Origin: Pyrodictium occultum
Lineage (GTDB): Archaea; Thermoproteota; Thermoprotei_A; Sulfolobales; Pyrodictiaceae
Length of the DNA: 32,000 nucleotides
Assembly (NCBI RefSeq): GCF_001462395.1
Contig: NZ_LNTB01000001.1
Span: 570,001 to 602,000 of the forward strand
Direction of reading: 5' to 3'
Shown here: positions 1 through 8,580 of the stretch, in pieces
How the letters are laid out: every line of letters starts with the position of its first letter
Numbering within the stretch: the first letter of the stretch is position 1
Made by a program: the position numbers and the translations under genes
The notes under the pieces: generated by a model
What the model saw: only the letters and a program-made list of their open reading frames with translations
What the model was told of the DNA's origin: nothing
The model's database searches: none

Positions 1-26
1 GAGGGCTCCGAGGGTGGGCTGGGGCC

Positions 27-704
27 GTGCCCCGTGTACCGGTGAAGCTAGTATCCTGGGAGGAGGTAGTCGAGTGGAGCCGTGGCCTGGCCAGGGTGAT
101 TAAGCAGTCCGGCTATAAGCCCACAGTAGTCATAGCTGTGGCGCGCGGCGGCTATGTGCCGGCACGGCTCCTCTGCGACTTCCTCGGCGTCGAGAACCTC
201 CTCAGCATCCAGAGCCAGCACTGGACGGAGGCTGCCAAGGCATCCGAGAAGGCTGTGCTAAAGTTCCCGTACAGGGTCGACCTCCGCGGCCACCGGGCCC
301 TACTCGTGGACGACATCGTGGACACTGGCGAGACCCTTATACTGGCCCGCGACTACGTGGCCAGGGAGTGGGGCCCCGAAGAGCTTAGGATAGCGACGCT
401 CCAGTGGATAAGCTCGGTAGCTAAGCTGAAGCCAGACTTCTACTACATGGAGGTCAAGGACTGGGTGTGGTTCCAGTACCCGTGGACAAGGCTGGAGGAT
501 GTGACCCAGTTTATACGCAGAATGCTCCAGGAGCACAGCAGAGAGACGGGCCAGAGGGAGTGGAGCTATGAGGAGATAAAGAGGCTGTTCAAGGAGTGGT
601 ACGGTATAGAGGTGGAGGAGTTCTACTATCAGGATGCGCTAGAGATGCTGGTCGAGTCCGGGCTGCTGGAGAAAACAGGTGACCGTTACCGCCTACGCAC
701 CTAG
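27..704 (+). CDS. Type I purine (hypoxanthine/guanine-like) phosphoribosyltransferase with extra C-terminal tail
   Basis: GTG-start 225-aa ORF. It has the PRPP-binding loop LLVDDIVDTGETL and the upstream ARGGYVPARLL motif typical of archaeal purine PRTases. The last ~70 aa lie beyond the usual PRTase core. Confidence 0.8.
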   Translation: MPRVPVKLVSWEEVVEWSRGLARVIKQSGYKPTVVIAVARGGYVPARLLCDFLGVENLLSIQSQHWTEAAKASEKAVLKFPYRVDLRGHRALLVDDIVDTGETLILARDYVAREWGPEELRIATLQWISSVAKLKPDFYYMEVKDWVWFQYPWTRLEDVTQFIRRMLQEHSRETGQREWSYEEIKRLFKEWYGIEVEEFYYQDALEMLVESGLLEKTGDRYRLRT

Positions 705-793
705 GCCTAAGGACCAGGGCGTTCACGTCCTCGCAGGTGGTGATGTGACCAGCTATCGCGGAGCCCCGCACCCGGCAGTGAAGAATTTGGCCT

Positions 794-1951
794 TTGCTGA
801 GCCCGGGACTCTGCATGTCTCCTCCCCGCTCCTGGCTTCATGCACCGCCTCCCGGGGTGGAGCCCGTGGCCTCTCTCCCCGCCCGGTTCAGCTACGCTTC
901 CGGCTCCCTTGAGGCCGCGAGGATTAGACGCTACGAGACGCTAGACCTAGCCAAGCGGCTGGCGGTGATACGTCCCGATGCGATCCGGCTTATCAACTAT
1001 CCCCGCAGGAACCCATTCTCAGTGTTCAACGCCTCCGCCCATATTGAGGGCAAGGAGCTTAAGCTATACATGCGCATAATAGTTGGCTACTACCGCTACG
1101 TCTCCGCCATAGCTCTGGGCAGGCTCATAGTCAGCCAGGTTCTCGCCGGAGAGCTTCCCACCGTGATCGATGCGAAGATAATTATCAACCCGTCGAACCG
1201 CTACGATGTATGGGGCACAGAGGACCCCAGGGTCTACGAGATAGGCGGGCGCCTCTACATGACCTTCAGTGGCCGCACGATAGACTACTTCAAATCCGAC
1301 AAGCCTCATGGGCTGCCCTCAACCCTCCCCGTCACAGCCGTCTCCGAGGACGGCGGCTACACCTGGAGTAAGCGCTACGTCCACATAACCGGGGATATAC
1401 CGTGGAGCCTGCTGAGGAGCGACAAGGACGCCTTCATGTACGGCGAGGAGCGCCCGGAGATACTCTTCCACCGCCCACATGTAGGGGATGGGGGCTTCGT
1501 GGCGGTTGCCAGCAGGGTGGAGGAGGGCGATGATGCCGGCAGCGGCCTCCGCTGGATGGTGGCCAGGAAGCCTACCGTGCTGCTCACACCCGCCCCATTC
1601 GAGTACAAGGTTGGCTGGTCTACGCCTCCCATCCGTGTCGGCAGGGATCTCCTCCTCCTCGCGCACGGCGTGGATATGGACGGCTTCTACCGGGTGTTCG
1701 CCCTGCTGCTCGAGTATAGCAGGAGCGAGGGATTCATAGTCAAGGCTATCACCCCCAGGTATATTATGGAGCCGCGTGAGACCTACGAAGTCTACGGGGA
1801 TAGGCCCTACGTAGTCTTCCCATGCGGCGCCGTGCCCATAGGCCGCTCAGAGATACTCATAAGCTATGGCGCCGCCGACAGCTTCGTCGGCCTAGCGGTC
1901 ACCGAGATAGACGGCATTCTCTCCGAGCTGGACCGGGGCCGCATATACTAG
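794..1951 (+). CDS. GH130/DUF377-type glycosidase-related protein (PH1107-related family)
   Basis: 385-aa ORF with NPFSVFNASA, WGTEDPRVYEIGGRLYMTFSGR and later FHRP/AHGV blocks, which resemble the beta-propeller DUF377/GH130 family. TTG 794 is only the most upstream start; the first ~55 aa are Pro/Ser-rich, so the true start may be GTG 965. Confidence 0.6.
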   Translation: MLSPGLCMSPPRSWLHAPPPGVEPVASLPARFSYASGSLEAARIRRYETLDLAKRLAVIRPDAIRLINYPRRNPFSVFNASAHIEGKELKLYMRIIVGYYRYVSAIALGRLIVSQVLAGELPTVIDAKIIINPSNRYDVWGTEDPRVYEIGGRLYMTFSGRTIDYFKSDKPHGLPSTLPVTAVSEDGGYTWSKRYVHITGDIPWSLLRSDKDAFMYGEERPEILFHRPHVGDGGFVAVASRVEEGDDAGSGLRWMVARKPTVLLTPAPFEYKVGWSTPPIRVGRDLLLLAHGVDMDGFYRVFALLLEYSRSEGFIVKAITPRYIMEPRETYEVYGDRPYVVFPCGAVPIGRSEILISYGAADSFVGLAVTEIDGILSELDRGRIY

Positions 1952-3113
1952 GCGGCTCCCCCTCGACCTCCAGCCCCGCCATCCGCGTGGCCCGCACGAA
2001 ATCCCTCGGGGAGAGTGGGAGCCAGCTGGCTAGCTCCTCGTAGAGGCTCCAGGGTACCTTCCGCCTCCTTCCCCGGCTCCAGCGGCTAAGCTCCACGTAG
2101 GCCCGGAGCCTGGCATCCCTCGGGCTCATAACCCTCCTGATAGCCTCCTCCACGTCGCCGCAGGTCTCGTACCTCGCGCGGAGCACTATCTCCGCTACGG
2201 AGTTGAGCCTCGAGGGGACGCCGTGAACGCTGCCGCGCAGGGCAAGCCTGCGGGGCTCAGCGAGGCCCTGAAGCCTGAGCCTCCTCGTCTCACCGGGCCT
2301 CGGCACCCGGTCAACGATGCCGCCCAGTATGAAGGCGTCGGCCTCGAGCACGTCGCGGGCATCGAGGTCGCGGTCGGCGCCGGGGTCGAGGAGGATAATC
2401 CGCCTGGCCCCCCGCAGCGAGGCAGCCTCGTCCGAGGCCAGCGGAGAGTAGTCCACCAGAGCCCTCCCCATGAAGAGGCGGAGCCACTCATAGGCGCCGG
2501 GAGGCGCCCCTGCAACCAGGAGGTGGCGGTCCCAGAGGAACCTCCGGACCACGCCAAGCACTGCCCCAACCTGGCGCCGGAGACTACTCAGCTCCGAAAG
2601 GGAGACGTGGCGGTGGAGGAGGCTCAGGTCGAGCACTATAAGGGGGAGCGTGCGCTCCGGCAGCCTCACGAGCAGCTCCATCCTCCAGTCGGCCGAGGGT
2701 GTGTATACAGCGTCAGCCCTCTCCCCGCCTCTGCCCGCGAGGTAGCGGAACACTCTGCCGCAGTACTCCTCCCGAAACACCTCCACGCCAGACCAGCCAA
2801 CAGCCTCGCGGAAGCCCCCGCCCCAGACCAGGACGCGGAGAAGTAGCTCCTGGAACGGATTCTCCCTCACCCTCGACCGGTCAAGGTGGATGAGGCTGCC
2901 GAGCCTATACCATCCCCTCTCCTCGAGCATGTCGAGAAGCCGGTACCGGGGCAGCTCCCGGAACCGTCTCTCCCTGCACCGCTCCGGGTCAGATACCGTG
3001 AGGCACGTCATAGCCCTGCAGCCACGGCTCGGCATGGGGGTGAGAGGAGGCTCATCAGCCCGGGGCGTGCACGCCGCCCAGCCGGCAGGTAATAAGGCGT
3101 GGGACCTGGCCAC
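1899..3113 (-). CDS. Putative SPOUT-class tRNA methyltransferase (Trm10-like)
   Basis: 404-aa maximal ORF with a GTG start. Central block IILLDPGADRDL...DAFILGGIVDRVPRPGETRRL resembles the Trm10 SPOUT core (GG-I/L-VD motif). The N-terminus is uncertain; internal Met candidates at residues 27, 34 and 61. The 3' end overlaps the convergent gene by 53 nt. Confidence 0.45.
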   Translation of the reverse strand: MARSHALLPAGWAACTPRADEPPLTPMPSRGCRAMTCLTVSDPERCRERRFRELPRYRLLDMLEERGWYRLGSLIHLDRSRVRENPFQELLLRVLVWGGGFREAVGWSGVEVFREEYCGRVFRYLAGRGGERADAVYTPSADWRMELLVRLPERTLPLIVLDLSLLHRHVSLSELSSLRRQVGAVLGVVRRFLWDRHLLVAGAPPGAYEWLRLFMGRALVDYSPLASDEAASLRGARRIILLDPGADRDLDARDVLEADAFILGGIVDRVPRPGETRRLRLQGLAEPRRLALRGSVHGVPSRLNSVAEIVLRARYETCGDVEEAIRRVMSPRDARLRAYVELSRWSRGRRRKVPWSLYEELASWLPLSPRDFVRATRMAGLEVEGEPPSICGPGPARRECRLSR

Positions 3114-3131
3114 GCATCTTCAGCGCTAACC

Positions 3132-3138
3132 ATATAAA
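3132..3138. promoter_or_regulatory. TATA-like element (ATATAAA) in divergent intergenic region
   Basis: This is the only AT-rich heptamer in the 85-bp spacer between divergent genes starting at 3113 (-) and 3199/3226 (+). Confidence 0.35.
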
Positions 3139-3198
3139 CAGTGGTATTACTTAATCCTCTAGCGTTCAGGCCCGGCGTGGGATCCCGGGGATCCCGCA

Positions 3199-3930
3199 TT
3201 GGTTCTCGACAAGCTGAAGAAGGGTATGGATGCGATAGTGCGCGGAGCGAAGATCCTAGGCACAGAGGTCCAGGCGAGCATCGCCTACAAGTTGAAGGCC
3301 GACGAGCTCAAACGGGTCCTGCTGAGCAGGTTCAAGGCAAGGCAGCTGGACGAGATAGGTGTCAGGGAGGGCATCAGCCTCAAAAGGTATAGGTCCAAGC
3401 AGGAGAAGGTGAGAGCCCTCGCCGAGAGACTCTCCCTCAAGAAGGTGGTAGAGTACGCTAGGAGGTACAAGGTCAAGTACAAGGACGTGGTTGAAGAGCT
3501 TGACAGGTTCAAGGCCCAGCTTGAGAGCAAGAAGCAGCTCGCAAGAATCAGCGAGGGAATAGAGAACATAGTCAATACCCTGAAGGAGTTCAGGCCGGAG
3601 CCCGTGCGCGGCGAGGAGGACCTGGAGAAGCAGCTATACCAGTACCTCCGCGCCCGCCTCACCAGGGTCCCGGTCAGGAGGCAGGTCAGGGTAGGCCGCT
3701 ACAGGATAGACATGCAGGTCGGCCCCTGCGGTGTGGAGCTCAAGGTGCCCAGGTCGTCCACGCAGCTTCAGAGGCTCATAGGCCAGGTCAGGGACTATCT
3801 CAGGCACTTCGAGTGCGTGGCAGCCGTTATCCTGGATGCGGGGCTGGTTAGGGACCTCGCCAGCTACGTTGGGAGGCTGAGAGAGATGGGCGTAGTACCC
3901 ATAGTGGTTGAGGGAAGGCTGAAGGGCTAG
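3199..3930 (+). CDS. Hypothetical protein: Lys/Arg-rich helical N-terminal half plus C-terminal PD-(D/E)XK-like nuclease motif
   Basis: 243-aa ORF (TTG 3199; alternative ATG 3226). The N-terminal ~130 aa are charged and coiled-coil-like. The C-terminus has EEDLEKQLYQYL ... YRIDMQVGPCGVELKV, an E / D / E-x-K arrangement. Confidence 0.6.
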   Translation: MVLDKLKKGMDAIVRGAKILGTEVQASIAYKLKADELKRVLLSRFKARQLDEIGVREGISLKRYRSKQEKVRALAERLSLKKVVEYARRYKVKYKDVVEELDRFKAQLESKKQLARISEGIENIVNTLKEFRPEPVRGEEDLEKQLYQYLRARLTRVPVRRQVRVGRYRIDMQVGPCGVELKVPRSSTQLQRLIGQVRDYLRHFECVAAVILDAGLVRDLASYVGRLREMGVVPIVVEGRLKG

Positions 3931-4055
3931 GGGAAAAGAGCCCCCTGGAGGCCCATATCCCTGGCGGCTGGGGGATGGAGAGGGCTAGATATGCTGAAGG
4001 AGCCGGTGATGATGGTTTCTGGTGCCGACCCCTCCCTCCCAGGCCATGGGGGCGG

Positions 4056-4868
4056 CTAGCCGGCGATTATGTAGACGCTGCCGGTGAGGCTCCTCAGCAG
4101 GTCTATAATGGAGAGCAGCGCCAGGTAGCTCGTTCTCGGGTTCCGGGGGCTCGGTACGTTCTCCACCACAATGTGGAGCCTGGAGACCTTGGACTCGGCC
4201 TCCACCTCGTGGATGTTCCTATCCACAGTAGGGTCTGCAACTATCTCGACCAGTGGCTCCCTGCCCGCGGCTAGAGCCAGGGCTGCAGCAATGTTCACAT
4301 TCGCGGGGAAGAGCTTCACAGCCTCGCTGGCTGGCCCCCGGTAGATTAGCCTCGGCTCCCGGAGCCCCTCGAGATCCACCCCCCGGGCCCCCGGGGCTCC
4401 TGCGAGGGCCCTGGGCGGCTTCCTCGTGCGGAGAACAAGCCTGTCAACCCCCACTAGGCTCATCGACTTCAGGGCGTCTAGCCCCGCTACCGCGCCGGAG
4501 GGCACGTGTATCCTGGCTCCAGTAGCCTCCGCCGCTCCCCGGAGCCTCTCCCTCGTCTCGCTGTCTAGGAGGGCCCCTACGCTCAGCACCACTAGGTCTA
4601 TGCCCCTCTTCAGTATCTGCTCTCCGTACTGCCTTACAGCCTCCTGGCTTGCAGCCTCCACAACTAGGTCCGGCCTCTGACCCAGTAGCTGCCCGAGGCT
4701 CTCCGCTATCAGGGGCCTCTCCCTCTCGAGCCCCGAGGCGAGCCTCCTGCAGCGCCCAGGCTCTATGTCGTAGAGGGCTACGAGCCTGGCCCTCACCACG
4801 CCCTTATCCACGGCCCTGGCTATCTCGGTGCCTATGTTGCCGCAGCCTATCACTGCCACCCTCTTCAC
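4056..4868 (-). CDS. nadX: L-aspartate dehydrogenase
   Basis: 270-aa ORF with N-terminal Rossmann motif KRVAVIGCGNIGTEIA and length and layout typical of the TM1643-type aspartate dehydrogenase. It is last in the nadA-nadC operon. A GGAGGTG Shine-Dalgarno-like motif lies 8-14 nt upstream of its GTG, inside the nadC tail. Confidence 0.85.
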   Translation of the reverse strand: MKRVAVIGCGNIGTEIARAVDKGVVRARLVALYDIEPGRCRRLASGLERERPLIAESLGQLLGQRPDLVVEAASQEAVRQYGEQILKRGIDLVVLSVGALLDSETRERLRGAAEATGARIHVPSGAVAGLDALKSMSLVGVDRLVLRTRKPPRALAGAPGARGVDLEGLREPRLIYRGPASEAVKLFPANVNIAAALALAAGREPLVEIVADPTVDRNIHEVEAESKVSRLHIVVENVPSPRNPRTSYLALLSIIDLLRSLTGSVYIIAG

Positions 4869-5724
4869 GGCCTAGCACCTCCACCACCTCCAGGCTTAGA
4901 TCCACCGGCCGCGCCTTCATCGTTATATAGCTCGTGCTCACCACGTCGGGCCCTGCACGAGCGTACTCGGCGATATTCTCTGGGGTGATCCCGCCGCTAA
5001 CCTCCACGAGCACGCGGCCCCGGAGCCCCTCCTCCTCGAGCCTGCGTATCGCCTCCGCCACCTCCCTGGGCGACATGTTGTCAAGCATTACCACGTCGGC
5101 TCCCGCCTTGGCAGCCCTCACAGCGTCTTCCACGGTCTCCACCTCGACTTCTACCCGGTGGATGAAGCTAGCCCTCTCCCGGGCCCTCCTCACGGCCTCC
5201 GCCACGTCCCCCAGCACGGCTAGATGGTTATCCTTGATCAGCACGGCGTCGCTGAGGCTGAGCCGGTGCGTATCCCCGCCCCCGGCAGCCACGGCCCTCT
5301 TGGCCAGGTAGCGCAGCCCTGGCGGGATCTTCCTGGTTGCAGCCACCCGGACATGGGGGTTAACGCGCCTAGCCTTCTCCACTAGCTCCCTGGTGGCAGT
5401 GGCTACGCCGAACAGGTAGCTTAGCAGGTTGAGGAGAGTCCTCTCTACCAGGAGCACCCTGCGGGCCTCGCCCCTCACCTCCAGGACCAGGTCCCCGGGC
5501 TCCACGGTCTCGCCGCTCCTCTTCAGCGGCCTCGCCTCCAGGCCCAGCCTCTCCAGCACCCTTGCCACATCCTCTACGCAGGCGGCTACCCCCCTCTCGT
5601 TGGCCCTAACCACGGCCCTTACCTCGAGCCCCGGGGGTATGAGCAACTCGCTTGCCAGGTCGCCGTGGGGCGCGTCCTCCCTCAGCCACTCGAGGAACAA
5701 CTGCTCGAGGAGATACTCGGACAT
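4804..5724 (-). CDS. nadC: Nicotinate-nucleotide pyrophosphorylase (quinolinate phosphoribosyltransferase)
   Basis: 306-aa ORF. Blocks ERTLLNLLSYLFGVATATR, ATRKIPPGLRYLAKRAVAAGGGDTHRLSLSDAVLIKDNH and VMLDNMSP are classic NadC. Its last 65 nt overlap nadX. Confidence 0.9.
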   Translation of the reverse strand: MSEYLLEQLFLEWLREDAPHGDLASELLIPPGLEVRAVVRANERGVAACVEDVARVLERLGLEARPLKRSGETVEPGDLVLEVRGEARRVLLVERTLLNLLSYLFGVATATRELVEKARRVNPHVRVAATRKIPPGLRYLAKRAVAAGGGDTHRLSLSDAVLIKDNHLAVLGDVAEAVRRARERASFIHRVEVEVETVEDAVRAAKAGADVVMLDNMSPREVAEAIRRLEEEGLRGRVLVEVSGGITPENIAEYARAGPDVVSTSYITMKARPVDLSLEVVEVLGREEGGSDRLRQHRHRDSQGRG

Positions 5725-5733
5725 GGCCAGGGC

Positions 5734-6657
5734 CTACCTCACCAGCTCGAGGGACCTCTCCAGCACCTCCCTAACCCTTCCAGCTATACTCTCGTCAACT
5801 CTCACCACGGGCTTCATGTTCTCCAGGGCATGGGCTATATTCTGGAGCGTTATCTTCTTCATGTCTATGCAGACAGCCCCGGGGTTCACCGGGTAGACCC
5901 GCTTGCCTGGGTAGAGCCGCCTAGCACGGTGAACGAGCCCCTCCTCGGTTCCAAGGAGGAACTCGTCGCCCCCAAGCTCGCCTATCGCCCGGAGCATCTG
6001 GCTAGTACTACCCACGAAGTCGGCTAGCCTCCTCGCGGCCGGCGGCGCCTCCGGGTGGACAAGCAGCTTAGCCCCAGGGTGCTCCTCCAGCGCCCTCCTC
6101 ACATAGTACTCGTTCACAAGGTACTCGTGGACCGGGCAGTGGCCGCCCACGGGGACCGGTATTACCCTCTTCCCGGCGACCTCCGCCACATAGGAGGCGA
6201 GGTTGCGGTCGGGCGCGAAGAGGACCTCCTCTTCCTCGAGCCTGGAGACCAGCCTGGCCGCGGAGGCACTAGTCACTATGTAGTCCGCATAGTACTTTGC
6301 CTCGGCGTAGGAGTTCACATAGACTACAAGCGGCCTGCCGGGGTACTTCTCCCGGTACCTCTTGATGACATCCACGCTGAGGAAGGATGCTAGGGGGCAA
6401 CCCGCCTCGGGGCTTGGATGTAGCACGGCCTTGTCCGGGTTGAGTATCGCAGCCGTCTCAGCCATGAACCGGACGCCAGCCATGACTATCACGTCGGCGC
6501 TGGCCTCCATAGCCTTCCTAGCGAGCTCCAGGCTATCCCCCACATAGTCTGCTATGTCCTGCACCTCCGGCAGCTGGTAGTTGTGGGCGAGTATCACAGC
6601 GTTCCTACGCCTCTTCAGCTCCTCTATCCTCTCAACAAGGCTGTCAAGATAGCCCAT
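5734..6657 (-). CDS. nadA: Quinolinate synthase
   Basis: 307-aa ORF with AVILAHNYQLPEVQDIADYVGDSLELA and later Cys-containing blocks (GGHCPVH, GAVCIDM) typical of NadA. Its stop is 9 nt upstream of the nadC start. Confidence 0.92.
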   Translation of the reverse strand: MGYLDSLVERIEELKRRRNAVILAHNYQLPEVQDIADYVGDSLELARKAMEASADVIVMAGVRFMAETAAILNPDKAVLHPSPEAGCPLASFLSVDVIKRYREKYPGRPLVVYVNSYAEAKYYADYIVTSASAARLVSRLEEEEVLFAPDRNLASYVAEVAGKRVIPVPVGGHCPVHEYLVNEYYVRRALEEHPGAKLLVHPEAPPAARRLADFVGSTSQMLRAIGELGGDEFLLGTEEGLVHRARRLYPGKRVYPVNPGAVCIDMKKITLQNIAHALENMKPVVRVDESIAGRVREVLERSLELVR

Positions 6658-6754
6658 TTTCTACACCTGGCTGAAACCCCAGCCCTAGATAGAGCCGCTA
6701 TAGCCTTATCCCCGCCCTCAACAACTCAGCCCCGGCCCGGGCCCCCGGCACTCC

Positions 6755-7126
6755 TCACTCCTCCTCCTCAGCCTCTTCCAGCTCCTCTAGCGCGTCGAGC
6801 ACAGCCTCCCGGGCCTCCAGCTTTGCGGCGATCCCCGCCCCCCGGAGAGCCGTGTAGGCCTCGTGAGCCACCATTGCAACCTCGTCCAGCACATCCTCCA
6901 GAACGGACCTAGGGTCAGCCACGCTATCGACCAGCTCCCTCACGTAGTCGCGGAGCCCCCGGTACCCGACCCTAACCAGCACCCCCTGGCCAGTCGGCCT
7001 AGCCTCCACATAGAAAGGCGCCTCCGGATGCAGCATCCAGACCGAGCCGCCCTCTACACTGATGCTGTAGCCACGCCTCCTAGCCAGGGGCTCGAGTATC
7101 CTCCTGATCTCCTCGGTAGAGGCCAC
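6755..7126 (-). CDS. Hypothetical small protein with acidic C-terminal tail
   Basis: 123-aa GTG-start ORF with protein-like composition, ending in LEELEEAEEEE. I recognise no motif. Confidence 0.5.
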   Translation of the reverse strand: MASTEEIRRILEPLARRRGYSISVEGGSVWMLHPEAPFYVEARPTGQGVLVRVGYRGLRDYVRELVDSVADPRSVLEDVLDEVAMVAHEAYTALRGAGIAAKLEAREAVLDALEELEEAEEEE

Positions 7127-7227
7127 GACACCCAGCCCCGTGGCTAGGAGGAGGAGCGGCGCCCCCTATTGAGGCTCCACCTGAGGGCGAGGAGGACGTG
7201 GTAGGGGACACCAGTGGCTGAGAGGCG

Positions 7228-7336
7228 TGGAGCCGGGGCCGGGATTCGAACCCGGGATCAACGGGTGTCCGCGATGGGCGGTAGCCGTGCCCGGGCCACT
7301 GCAGCCCGCCGCCTTTGACCGCTCGGCCACCCCGGC
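7228..7336 (-). tRNA. tRNA-Cys (GCA) with a 32-nt intron at the canonical 37/38 position; CCA encoded
   Basis: The reverse complement folds as a cloverleaf. Acceptor is GCCGGGG/CCCCGGC, and the T arm is CCGGG-TTCGAAT-CCCGG. The anticodon stem is GCGGG/CCCGT with loop CT-GCA-G...A, and the discriminator is U, a tRNA-Cys hallmark. The intron is about 7267-7298. A 4-bp helix CUGC/GCGG is flanked by 3-nt bulges AGU and ACA, which is a bulge-helix-bulge splice motif. Confidence 0.85.
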
Positions 7337-7365
7337 GTCCATTCATATTGGCTGCCGGGTCCCGG

Positions 7366-7375
7366 ATTTATTAAA
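7366..7375 (-). promoter_or_regulatory. TATA box (TTTAATAAAT on minus strand) for tRNA-Cys
   Basis: AT-rich decamer 30-39 nt upstream of the mature tRNA 5' end, in otherwise GC-rich DNA. It could also serve the divergent + strand gene. Confidence 0.55.
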
Positions 7376-7476
7376 GCATCGGGCTAGGAGCTGCTCAAGG
7401 GGGAGGCTTGCGGGTTTCTTGCCCACTGCAGGCGCGTGTGGCTCCTGCGGGATGACTGGCTCAGGCGGAGCTGAGG

Positions 7477-8580
7477 GTGGTGATGAGTTCAGCCTTGACT
7501 GACCGCAGCCTCGTAGTCATTGCTGGGGCCGGCCCCGCGGGCCTCTTGACAGCTGCTAGGCTGAGGCACGTGGACGCGCTGGTTCTCGAGGCTTCCGGGA
7601 GGCCTGGCTGGCCGCCTCACTGCACCGGCCTGGTGAGCCCCTCGACCGCGGAGAGGTTTGGCGCCCCCGAGGCGGTTACCGAGAGCTACCGGGAGGCCGT
7701 GTTTCTAGACGACGGGTTACGCGAAGTGTGCCGGGTAGAGGGCTCTCCCCTGGCGGTCCGGTTCTCGCGGCCACTGCTCGAGGAGGTCCTGGCCTCCAGG
7801 GTGGAGGCGCTGGGCCACCGGATAGCCTACCACTCCAGGGTTGTGGGCGTGGGCCCGAATGGCTGTGCTCGGCTGGCCGGCGGGGGCAGGGTCTGCGGCG
7901 GCTGGGTGGTGGCCGCGGTGGGCGCCAAGCCAGGGTTCTCCAGGCTCTTCGGTGCAGGGCGCTGCGGCTACATCCCCGGCTTCGAGGTACGCGCCCGCCT
8001 CGCGCTGCGCCTCGGGGAGGACGCTTTCTACACTGTTCACGGGCGTCGTACTGCCCCCAAGTTCTTCGCCTGGGTGGTGCCCGTCGCTGGGGGCCGGGAG
8101 GCTGTCATAGGGGTTGCCGACGAGAGGCCCGTAGAGAGGCTCCAGGCTCTACTCCCCAGGCTCGCGAGGATAGGAGTCCAGGCCTCCTCTATCATCAGCC
8201 ATAGGGCGGGGAGGATAGTGCTGGGCCCGCCCGCCGAGACCCCGTTGGCGGGCCGCGCCGCCGGTATAGGGGATGTGCTCTGCGCCTCCAAGCCCTTCAC
8301 GGGGGGCGGGCTCTACGCGGTCTCCCTGCTCGCTGAGCCTCTCGCCGAGGCCCTCGAGGGCCGTGGCGCCGGGAGGCTTCTCGCGGAGTGGGCCCGGCTC
8401 CGGAGGGAGCTGGAGGCGCAGCGCATTCTCACCAGGGCGGCCCGGGTCCTCCAGCCCCTCTGGCGCATGGCTCTCGCGACGGCCTGCCACGCGGCGGCCC
8501 GGGGCCGCTGCAGCATAGACTATGATGTTCATACCAGCCTGGCGCGGTGCCTGGCCCCCTGGGGGAGGAGTGGTGGCTAA
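7477..8580 (+). CDS. FAD-dependent oxidoreductase, geranylgeranyl-reductase family
   Basis: 367-aa ORF with dinucleotide-binding motif VVIAGAGPAGLLTAARL...LVLE and the downstream GDVLCASKPFTGGGLYAVS block (the GD..P.TGGGI motif of GGR-type flavoproteins). Confidence 0.7.
   Translation: MVMSSALTDRSLVVIAGAGPAGLLTAARLRHVDALVLEASGRPGWPPHCTGLVSPSTAERFGAPEAVTESYREAVFLDDGLREVCRVEGSPLAVRFSRPLLEEVLASRVEALGHRIAYHSRVVGVGPNGCARLAGGGRVCGGWVVAAVGAKPGFSRLFGAGRCGYIPGFEVRARLALRLGEDAFYTVHGRRTAPKFFAWVVPVAGGREAVIGVADERPVERLQALLPRLARIGVQASSIISHRAGRIVLGPPAETPLAGRAAGIGDVLCASKPFTGGGLYAVSLLAEPLAEALEGRGAGRLLAEWARLRRELEAQRILTRAARVLQPLWRMALATACHAAARGRCSIDYDVHTSLARCLAPWGRSGG

Noticed and set aside
1899-1951. Tail-to-tail overlaps of convergent genes at 1899-1951, 9427-9430, 11767-11808, 13393-13458 and 27831-27877. 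I considered these as deliberate antisense coupling.
   Set aside because: Most are probably passive read-on until the first stop codon in stop-poor GC-rich sequence. The overlapped C-terminal tails are low-complexity and lie beyond the conserved cores, except for the UDG PIP-like motif, which is reported separately.
4000-4030. Box-C-like GTGATGA (4006-4012) followed 12 nt later by CCGA, in the convergent spacer between the 243-aa gene and nadX. I considered it as a C/D-box sRNA.
   Set aside because: I found no CTGA box D, no C' box within 70 nt downstream, and no terminal stem. A single heptamer is not enough.
4804-4868. 65-nt overlap of the nadC 3' end with the nadX start. I considered it as a possible frameshift or fusion site.
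   Set aside because: The NadC conserved core ends before the overlap (...PVDLSLEVVEV). nadX has its own GTG preceded by GGAGGTG. This is ordinary translational coupling within an operon.
7080-7502. Two track ORFs (7080-7346 minus strand, 7227-7502 plus strand) spanning the region between the small acidic protein gene and the oxidoreductase gene.
   Set aside because: The region is explained by the intron-containing tRNA-Cys and its promoter. Both translations are Gly/Pro/Arg-rich and motif-free.
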